Assembly: GCA_963829055.1 (NCBI GenBank)
Contig: CAWHHI010000020.1
Span: 288,001 to 352,000, forward strand
Direction of reading: 5' to 3'
Length of the DNA: 64,000 bases
Source: an uncultured Gemmatimonadaceae bacterium
Lineage (GTDB): Bacteria; Gemmatimonadota; Gemmatimonadetes; Gemmatimonadales; Gemmatimonadaceae
Shown here in pieces: positions 56,918 to 64,000 of this stretch (position 1 is the stretch's first letter; each line of letters opens with the position of its first letter). Below the pieces are notes generated by a model. That model searched no databases, was not told the DNA's origin, and saw only the letters and a list, made by a program, of their open reading frames with translations. The translations under genes and the position numbers were made by a program.

Positions 56918-58381
56918 TCAGGGCACCAGAACAACCGTATACGGCCGCTCACCCACCGGGATCGTCGCAGTCACGCGTCGTTGTGCCGTCGAGATGACGC
57001 TCACGCTGTTGGATCGACCGTTCGCCACGTACAGCGTCGCGCCGTCCGGCGTGAGCGCCACACCCCACGGGCGCTGCCCAACGGGGATGGACGCGACGAC
57101 GGACCGACCAGTGACGTCGACGACGCTGACCTGATTCGCGCGACCGTTCGCGATGTAGGCGAAGCGACCATCCGGCGAGATGGCGATGCCCGTCGGCTTC
57201 GTCGTCCGGTCACCGATCGTGATCGTGGCCGTCACCGAGTCCCGCCGCACGTCGAAGACGTGCACGAGGCCACCGTCCTCCGTACTCACGAGCCCCCACT
57301 GCCCGTTAGGCGCGAACACGATGAATCTCGGACGCGCACCGACGTGCATGACGCCGACACGCTGGCCACTCGACGCATCGAGCGCGGTCACCGTCGAGTC
57401 GGTCTCCCCGGTGATGTAGACCTTCGTCCCACGCGGCCCAACCAGAATCCCTTCCGGCTCGCGCCCGACGGCGGCGCGGAACCGCATTCGATGTCCCGTG
57501 ACCGCGACCGCCGTGGCCGAGTCGAGCGCTTCGTTGGAGACGTAGATCGTGCGACCGTCCGGGCTGACCGAGACCTGCTCGGGATCGGCGCCGACCGGGA
57601 TCGTGTCGACGACGCGACGTGCGGCGATATCGATGACACCAACTGCGTTGTCCTTGCCTAGTGCGACGTACGCACGACGCCCATCCGGGGCGACGGCAAG
57701 TCCGCGTGGCCGGGCCCCAACGTCGAAGGTCGCGACGACGGCGTTGCCCTCGATGACGCTCACGGTGTTCCCGCCCTCGTTGCTCACGAGGCCACGCTGC
57801 GCACGAGCCGTGGAGGGCGCGGTGCCTAACGCCACCAAGCCCAGCACGCCCACCGCGACGGACGCGCGCCGCGTCGGGATCCGCCGCCTGCGCTCTCGAC
57901 GCATCACCCACCGCTCGGCCAACACTGCGTCCAGTCCCCACGTGCGTCCAGCGCCGGCGAAGAGGAACGCGAGCATCATGGCCAGCAGCATCACGTGGAA
58001 CCCTTGTTGCCCTGAGCTCATGTGCTGGACCGCGAGCCCGTATGTGATGACCTGCAGTGCCCCGAATACCGCGCCAACTTCGGTCAGGAGCCCGAACGTG
58101 AGGGACAGCCCTACGGCGACTTCACCGAGCGCCGTGAGGTGCGCGTACGCGTGGTTAGGCACGACGGTGCCGAGCAGGAACGCCTTGTATGCCGGGAACG
58201 GATTGTCGGCGGCATAGCGTGCGATCAGCTTCGGCATGGTGGCGATCCACCGCGGCGACGCCACCGGTATGGGAATGAAACCCGCGAGCAGCGCGATCGA
58301 GATCTTCGTGAGGATACTCTTGAGGAACCAGAGTCCGACGGTGATGCGCAGCAGCGCCAGCCAGCGATCCGGGTGGCGCAT
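56918..58381 (-). CDS. DoxX/DoxD-like membrane domain + YVTN beta-propeller (single ORF, possibly two genes)
   Basis: LALLRITVGLWF..GEVAVGLSLTFGL..AGAGRTWGLD, followed by repeats such as IPVGQRPWGVALTPDGATLYVAN. Confidence 0.8.
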   Translation of the reverse strand: MRHPDRWLALLRITVGLWFLKSILTKISIALLAGFIPIPVASPRWIATMPKLIARYAADNPFPAYKAFLLGTVVPNHAYAHLTALGEVAVGLSLTFGLLTEVGAVFGALQVITYGLAVQHMSSGQQGFHVMLLAMMLAFLFAGAGRTWGLDAVLAERWVMRRERRRRIPTRRASVAVGVLGLVALGTAPSTARAQRGLVSNEGGNTVSVIEGNAVVATFDVGARPRGLAVAPDGRRAYVALGKDNAVGVIDIAARRVVDTIPVGADPEQVSVSPDGRTIYVSNEALDSATAVAVTGHRMRFRAAVGREPEGILVGPRGTKVYITGETDSTVTALDASSGQRVGVMHVGARPRFIVFAPNGQWGLVSTEDGGLVHVFDVRRDSVTATITIGDRTTKPTGIAISPDGRFAYIANGRANQVSVVDVTGRSVVASIPVGQRPWGVALTPDGATLYVANGRSNSVSVISTAQRRVTATIPVGERPYTVVLVP

Positions 58382-58595
58382 GGCGCGCTTCGCGTCCGAG
58401 GTTCCGACGTTTACGTGCGCGAGCGCCGTGGACCGCTCGGCGTCATACCAGCTGGCGTCCGCTATGGATGCTTTCATGGGTGGGGCGATAGGGTAACCGG
58501 CGGGCGCGATTCGCGGACCGGTCAATCCTTGGCATAGTTGCTGTTGCAAGCGATGTTCCGTGAGCGGCGATTCTCGCGAATACTTGGGGTCGCTA

Positions 58596-58936
58596 TCATC
58601 GCGCCGGGACCGGTGGGAACACGATTGGGCGGATCTGTACTGCGAAACTGCCGGATCCGGCTTTGCATTCAGCCTCATTGCGCCGCGGTCGGTGGGAACT
58701 ACGATTTCGCGGATGAACGCGGAAGAAGCAGGATATCGCTCGGTAGGTCCGGCTCGCTCGCGCAACGGGCCGGGATGTTTCGGGAACGGCCGCTCGGGAC
58801 GCAGGCGTCTCCCGAGCGGCCGTTCCCATCTCGTATCAGCGTGCGGCGAGAGGCCAGCGTCAATGCAAAGCCGTATCCGGCCGTTTTCCGCGGTGCGATC
58901 CGCGCCATCGTAGTTCCCACCGGCCGCGGCGCGATA
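58596..58936 (+). mobile_element. Modular palindromic (MITE/REPIN-like) element, copy 3 (no nested REP)
   Basis: Arms at ~58598, ~58678 and ~58898, 18-bp central stem 58782-58827. Confidence 0.82.
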
Positions 58937-58982
58937 GTGCCTGAACTCGATAGTGCCTGAACCCGATAGCGCCTAACGCCGA

Positions 58983-59014
58983 ATCGCCCGGAGGCCAGTC
59001 GGCCTCCGGGCGAT
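58983..59014 (-). terminator. GC-rich hairpin after the porin-like gene
   Basis: atcgcccggaggcc-agtc-ggcctccgggcgat, 14-bp perfect stem 20 nt past the stop; no clear U tract. Confidence 0.55.
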
Positions 59015-59034
59015 CTCCGCGGCAATCGTCGTAC

Positions 59035-60454
59035 TTAGAAGGCGACCACGCCCTCCAGCATGAATCCGTCGAACTTGGCGCCGTGGCGGATGTCGGTGAT
59101 CGGGAAGTTGCTGTACGTCTGTTTCACCCACTCGCCCTTCATGAGCAGGATCGGGGTGATGAACCACCCGCCGGCGAGGGCCGCGCGCTCGGCGCTGGCG
59201 TCCGACGTGTACCCTTTGAACCGGCCCTCGACCGTGTTGTAGCGGGCGCCGACGTACGCCTTCTCGTTCTTGAGGAACCGGTAGATCACGTCCCCGGCGT
59301 ACTGGTCGAACGACCGCTTGCCCGTCTCCGTCGTCTGCGCGCCGCTCGCCTGCTCGGCCACGCCGAAGAACTCCAGCCCGCGGTACTTCACGAACGGGTT
59401 GATCTGGTAGCTGTGCACCGCGCTGCCGAACGCCGGGTCGAACATGCCCGACATCTTCTGCGCCGCCTCGGTCGCCGCCGTATTCTCGACCACGAGGTAG
59501 TAGCGCGAACCGGCACGATCACCGGCGAACAGCGTCTGGTTGGCCGAGCGCGTCTGGCTGAACAGCGATCCCGTTAGGCGGGTCCGCAGGTTGGGCGTCA
59601 GCTGGCGGTCGACGCCGACCTTGCCGTAGAACGCGGGCGACCGCTTCGCCGGCGCCGACACCTGGCCGCGGATCTCGCCGCCCGTGATGCCGACCATGCC
59701 CAGCAGACCCTTGCCGCGGAGGTACGCCTCGCCGCCGACTTCGGTCGTGAACGGATCGAGGATCAGGTTCCCGACGAACGCGTTGTGCATGGCGTTGCCG
59801 TTGTCGGTGCGACGGAAGTGCGAGTCGCCGTAGTTGATCTCGAAGTGCCCGAACTTGAGCGAGACGTAGTCCATCATGCGTCTCGAGCGCCTTCACCTTG
59901 ATCGGCGAGCCGTCGATGAGCAGGAAGCCGTCCTTGACCCACGTCTCGTTGTGGTGGCGCGAGGACAGGTACGAGGTCAGCGCGACGCGGATCCCCGGCG
60001 CGATCTGCGCGTTCAGGTACAGGTTGGCCGTGGCGTTGTTGAAGCCGTTGCCGATCGACATGAGCTGGTTGGCGTCGACCTTCGTGATCGGATCGATCTT
60101 CGGGGCGGCGCCCGTCTCATGCGAGAGCCCCTGGAACTGCTGCGTGAAGGCGGCGCCCCAGCTGAGCTGGAAGCCCGTGAACGGCGTCGCGTCGCTCTTC
60201 GGCGCCTCGAAGGTGTTGATCCCGCGCTGATCGATCGGGTGGATGTGCTGAATCACCGTCTTGGGCACCAGGCTCGCGACGGTCGTCGCGGCCGCGGCGG
60301 AAGAGTCGGGGGTCGCCGGCTTCGCCTCGGACTTCGTGGTGGTCGCCGGGCGGCTGATGGTGTCGGCGGACGCAGTGTTCGGGTTCGCCTGCCCCATGGC
60401 TGGAACAGCAGCGAAGAGCGTAGCGCTCAATGCGAGGACAGGGGTGAGTCTCAT
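59035..60454 (-). CDS. Outer-membrane beta-barrel / porin-like hypothetical protein (frameshift near 59880)
   Basis: Signal peptide, FNNATANLYLNAQ..YLSSRHHNETWVKDG, amphipathic strands, C-terminal Phe (GVVAF). Confidence 0.75.
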
Positions 60455-60525
60455 AATCGTGGTCTCCGGTGAAGTATTCGAGACAGGCAGTCTTTGATTG
60501 GTGAACCGATCTCGATCAGTCTCGA

Positions 60526-61122
60526 TCAGTCTTTGAGCAGGAGGTCGAAGCCGACCTTCACGCGCTCGTCGACTTTCATGGTGCCGAGCATCAGCGTGGG
60601 TGGCTTGAGGCCCCACTCGGTCATCCTGAGCTCGTGCGTGCCCACCACGTGCAGCATGCCGGACGCGCCCTCGCTCGCGTTCACGGTCATGGAGACCGGC
60701 TTCTCCACGCCACCCATCGCGAGCGTGCCGGCGAGCGTCACGCGGACGACGTCCGCCTGCTTCGCGAGATCGTACGACGCGAGCTTGAAGACGATCGTCG
60801 GGTTGGTCTTCGCCTTGAGCGCCTTGAGCATGTGCTCGTTCATCGTGCCGTTCTTGCAATCGAGGCGCTCGGTGTTCACGCGGATCTCCACCGCGGTCAC
60901 CGCTTTCTCGCCGGCGAGGACGGCCGTCGTCGCGCCGGGCACGGACTCGACGTTCGCGTCGAAGGCGGTCGCGCTGCACTCGAACGAGCGCACCGTGGAG
61001 CTGCCGCTGATCCAGAGGCGGCTCGCGGGCTGAAGGTCCAGGGCGACCGCGCGCGGTGTCGCCGCCATGACAGCGGGAGCGATGCAGAAGAGGGGGAGTG
61101 CTCTGGAAATGCGCCGGCGCAT
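60526..61122 (-). CDS. YceI family protein
   Basis: Signal peptide, SRLWISGSSTVRSFEC, MNEHMLKALK..PTIVF, GTLAMGGVEK, MTEWGLKPPT. Confidence 0.88.
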   Translation of the reverse strand: MRRRISRALPLFCIAPAVMAATPRAVALDLQPASRLWISGSSTVRSFECSATAFDANVESVPGATTAVLAGEKAVTAVEIRVNTERLDCKNGTMNEHMLKALKAKTNPTIVFKLASYDLAKQADVVRVTLAGTLAMGGVEKPVSMTVNASEGASGMLHVVGTHELRMTEWGLKPPTLMLGTMKVDERVKVGFDLLLKD

Positions 61123-61282
61123 TGTTGATTCTCCGTGAGAAGGAACCCGGTCGCGCAGTGGCCGCGACTCTGGTCTCATATTCGGCTCGGCGGGTCGGCG
61201 CATCAGTCGGGAGGATCGCGCCACATGCGTCGGGTTCGTACGCTCGATGCGTCAGGCAAACCCTGAGCGGAGCAGGTGACAG

Positions 61283-61786
61283 CTACGGCGTGACCTCGCC
61301 CGTGGCGTCGCCCAGGGAATGGCGCGCGGGCATCGCCGTTCGCGCCTCGCGTCCGGTCAACTCGTCCGGCCGTACCTTGAGGACAACGGTACGCTCGGGT
61401 GTGGGATCCCCGTCACCTAACGCGCTCGGTACGAGCGTACGCAGGTACGCGACCGCCTGCCGGTACGACTCGCGTTCGACCGGAGGTCCGTCGTCACGAA
61501 GCACGTAGACGGTGCCGTGCGCGACGACACTCCGCCAGTCGAAAAGCCCGTCGACCTCGTCCACCTCCAGCGCAATCCACGGGGAGTGGGCGAGCGCCGC
61601 GAGCTTGGAACCGGGTGCAGTCCGCATGTAGATCGCCCCATCCGGATACACGTAATGGATAGGCTCGATGTCCACGCGCCCGTGGAACGTGTAGGCAATC
61701 CGCCCGACGTTATGGCGAGCGAGCAGCTGCTCGACCTCGCGCGGATCGAGCGTACGGAATGTCGGTGTGGGATTTCCCGTCGGCAT
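61283..61786 (-). CDS. Pyridoxamine 5'-phosphate oxidase-like flavin-binding protein
   Basis: LLARHNVGRIA..IEPIHY..RTAPGSKL..LEVDEVDGLFDWRSVVAHG..LTGR. Confidence 0.85.
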   Translation of the reverse strand: MPTGNPTPTFRTLDPREVEQLLARHNVGRIAYTFHGRVDIEPIHYVYPDGAIYMRTAPGSKLAALAHSPWIALEVDEVDGLFDWRSVVAHGTVYVLRDDGPPVERESYRQAVAYLRTLVPSALGDGDPTPERTVVLKVRPDELTGREARTAMPARHSLGDATGEVTP

Positions 61787-61853
61787 ACGGCGGCCTCGAG
61801 ATGGCGTGTGATCAGTGCACAAGCGTGTGGCGCTGGGCGTTAGGCAGCAGCAA

Positions 61854-62621
61854 TCACGGCGTGAGCCCCGGCAGGTGCGCCAGGTGCATGGGAGAGCGCG
61901 TGTACGATTCGAGCGTCAATACCGTCGATCCGATCACCGGCATGGACGTCTCGATGCGGACCGGGATGCGGCACATGTCATCCGTCAGGTGCAGCCGGAT
62001 GACGCCATCGCCATGGAACCGACCAGCGTCTCTCACGTGCATCTCGACGATGATCGTGGAGAACGTGCCGGCCTCGGTGCGAATGGTGTCGCGGCCGACG
62101 ACGCGCACTTCGACCGGGTTGCGCTCCCGATCGTAATGGCGCGCGACGCGATAGACGGTATCAGGAACGAGCGGCAGGGTCCGTATGAAGTAGATGAACG
62201 AGAGCTCGTCCAGCGGCGCATTCGTCGGGCTCTCGCCACCGTCGCCACGCGTCGTCTGCCAGCGCTGCGATTCGGGAAACAGCTCGACCTGTTCGTCGCT
62301 GCCCGTGAACGCGCGACGCTCCCGCTTCCTGAACCGCAGCGCCGACATCCGTGCGGGATCGAGCCACGAGTCCGCGCGGTCGAGCGCCTTGATGGGCCCG
62401 ATCCGGGCGCGCACCTCGGACTTGAGCAGATAGGTCGCGACGCCGCGCACGTCTTCCGGCCCCTGGATGGACATCGATCCCTGGCCGACGTGCTTGCTTC
62501 CGACGGTCACGCCGTAGTTCAGCCGCTCGCCGATGCTGAACGGCAACTCGACGGTCGTCTGTGCTCGCATCGCGAGCGGCACCACGAGCGCGAACCCTAC
62601 GCGCAACCCCATTCTGGCCAT
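61854..62621 (-). CDS. DUF3108 domain protein
   Basis: LPFSIGERLNY, LDELSFIYFIR, IRTEAGTFST, LTDDMCRIPVRI. Confidence 0.8.
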   Translation of the reverse strand: MARMGLRVGFALVVPLAMRAQTTVELPFSIGERLNYGVTVGSKHVGQGSMSIQGPEDVRGVATYLLKSEVRARIGPIKALDRADSWLDPARMSALRFRKRERRAFTGSDEQVELFPESQRWQTTRGDGGESPTNAPLDELSFIYFIRTLPLVPDTVYRVARHYDRERNPVEVRVVGRDTIRTEAGTFSTIIVEMHVRDAGRFHGDGVIRLHLTDDMCRIPVRIETSMPVIGSTVLTLESYTRSPMHLAHLPGLTP

Positions 62622-62928
62622 GCATCCTCGACCGTGCAGCGATCGTTAGGCGGTAGAACGAAGCTCCCGGTGAGTCCAGGGGGTCCTCGTCTACCGAACG
62701 ATCGGCGAAGCGAAGAGGCGAGGTCGTCAGGCATCGGTGGGAACGCGTGTCCGGCGATCGGCACGCTCGTGTGAGGGAATCCCCTGCACCGGCGGACGCA
62801 CGGGTAGTCGCCCCAGAAATGCGAGAGCGACGCCCGACATTCGTTAGGGTAACGCCGGACAGAACGGCACCCGGACGCCGCGATACTCTATGCGCGTGAC
62901 GACGAACCACTGCGTTCCGGAGGCCACA

Positions 62929-63861
62929 ATGAGTTCCACCGCGGCAAGATTGGCCCTTGGCCAGACCGCGCCCGAGCGCGGGCAGGGCATGTTGACGTTG
63001 CTCCGCCCCGAGATCCTGCTCGCTACCGACGGAACGCCGGCCGCACTCGCGGCCACTCGGGTGACCGCCGCGCTGGCGGCACGCTCGGGACTGCGACCGC
63101 ACGCGTTCACGGTGCTGCCGCCGCCCGTGCCACTGGATCCCTTGCTCACGACGATGTCGGCGACCTTCGATCCCCAGCTGGGCGCGGAACAGGAAATCGC
63201 ACGCCAGCTGAGGTCGTGTTCACCGAGCGGCGACACCTGGACGCGAGAAACGGTGATCGGATCGCCGGCCGATGAGATCGCGCGCGCAGCACACGCGCGA
63301 AACGCCGACCTCATCGTCATGGGCCTCCGTGCGCACGCGTTCCTCGACCGCGTCTTCCGCGACGAGACAGCGCTCACGGTGATGCGCCGCGCGGGCGTTC
63401 CAGTGCTCGCGGTCACCCCACTGCTCCGACAGCTGCCTCGGCGCATCGTCGTCGGTATCGATTTCAGTCGCGCGAGCATCGTCGCCGCGCGGGCCGCAAT
63501 GGGGTTACTCGACGAAGGCGGCGAGCTGCTCCTGACCTACGTGGAACCGCCCATCGAGACGCGACCCGAGGAAGCAAAAGCCTACGGCGGGATCTACGCG
63601 GAAGGACTCTCCGGCGCATTCGCTCGGCTCCGACAGGAGCTCGTGTCCCGCTCTGACGTCACTATCGACACCATCGTGCTTCGGGGAGCGGCACCGTCGG
63701 CGCTGCTGTCGCTCGCGACTCGCTCCGACGCCGACCTGATCGCCGTCGGCAGCCAGCGCCACAGCATCGCACGTCGCGCCTTCGTGGGCGGAGTGACGAC
63801 CGCGCTCGCACGAGCCGCCACGCGATCGTTGTTGGTCATTCCCCCCGAACGCCACGCTTGA
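62929..63861 (+). CDS. Universal stress protein (tandem USP domains)
   Basis: ILLATDGT..GSPADEI..ADLIVMG; RIVVGIDFS..DLIAVGS..FVGGVT..LLVIP. Confidence 0.92.
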   Translation: MSSTAARLALGQTAPERGQGMLTLLRPEILLATDGTPAALAATRVTAALAARSGLRPHAFTVLPPPVPLDPLLTTMSATFDPQLGAEQEIARQLRSCSPSGDTWTRETVIGSPADEIARAAHARNADLIVMGLRAHAFLDRVFRDETALTVMRRAGVPVLAVTPLLRQLPRRIVVGIDFSRASIVAARAAMGLLDEGGELLLTYVEPPIETRPEEAKAYGGIYAEGLSGAFARLRQELVSRSDVTIDTIVLRGAAPSALLSLATRSDADLIAVGSQRHSIARRAFVGGVTTALARAATRSLLVIPPERHA

Positions 63862-64000
63862 CGACACCGTCCGGGGTTCCCTGCGGTCGCGCTTCAACGG
63901 ATTCGAGACGGCCTAACGCGACTCGAGACTACCCGACGGGTGCCGGAGCGGCCTCGTAGGGGAGCGAGAACGAGAACAGACTGCCTCGGCCGGGCTGGCT

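Larger units (their letters stand above)
920..63917. other. Dispersed highly iterated motif (G)CCTAACG / CGTTAGG(C), about 60 copies
   Basis: Manual count: 31 CCTAAC and 29 GTTAGG; 56 of 60 extend to CCTAACG; found in coding and intergenic DNA. Confidence 0.85.

Noticed and set aside
1559..61421. bldA-like TTA-codon regulation
   Set aside because: The same DNA word also appears as CCT-AAC, CTA-ACG, GTT-AGG, stop codons and intergenic sequence, so it is not tied to the TTA codon.
1663..62774. Numerous long antisense or alternate-frame ORFs in the ORF track (e.g. 1663-2883, 22026-23273, 39304-40605, 48859-49902)
   Set aside because: Arg/Ala/Pro-rich shadows of real genes, expected at this GC content; no recognisable motifs.
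920..63917. TTAGGC/TTAGG as eukaryotic telomeric repeat or contamination
   Set aside because: Copies are essentially single and dispersed inside in-frame bacterial genes, never in tandem arrays.
920..63917. CCTAAC as a Chi- or KOPS-like polar motif
   Set aside because: The strand split is 31:29 and interleaved; replichore-polarised motifs should be skewed within 64 kb.
1..64000. tRNA, rRNA, integrase, transposase, prophage or defence genes
   Set aside because: No supporting motifs found by eye; tRNAscan-SE, Infernal and DefenseFinder would be needed to exclude them formally.

Overview
High-GC (roughly 70% by eye) bacterial chromosomal window. Gene content and repeats suggest Gemmatimonadota, but that is an inference. 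Many genes carry 1-bp indels typical of an unpolished long-read assembly, so several CDS below are stitched across frames and their boundaries are approximate. Core content: an amino-acid racemase; the glyoxylate shunt aceB-aceA with a divergent RamB/ScfR-type regulator; a TolC-MFP-CusA/CzcA efflux operon led by a small CxxC/RAPP (DUF2946-like) ORF; acyl-CoA dehydrogenase; Prx-DsbA-DUF5335; a CheB/CheR/PAS histidine kinase; a beta-helix/PA14 protein; a MocR regulator; a VPS10/BNR hydrolase; an M19 dipeptidase; flavin amine oxidase; a PRTase; PanE; a PAS hybrid kinase; four ADOP-type orphan ABC permeases with two PadR genes; NlpC/P60; nitrilase; and a DoxX/YVTN, porin, YceI, PNPOx, DUF3108 and USP cluster. 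I saw no rRNA, tRNA, CRISPR array or transposase. The strongest unexplained signal is a non-palindromic motif, (G)CCTAACG / CGTTAGG(C). I counted 60 copies by eye, about 1 per kb, split evenly between strands and written into genes in all six reading frames using rare codons. Also notable are three copies of a 340-500 bp modular palindromic element, several other intergenic repeat families, a candidate metal-sensing ribosome-stalling leader ORF, and two paralogous families of small unknown proteins.
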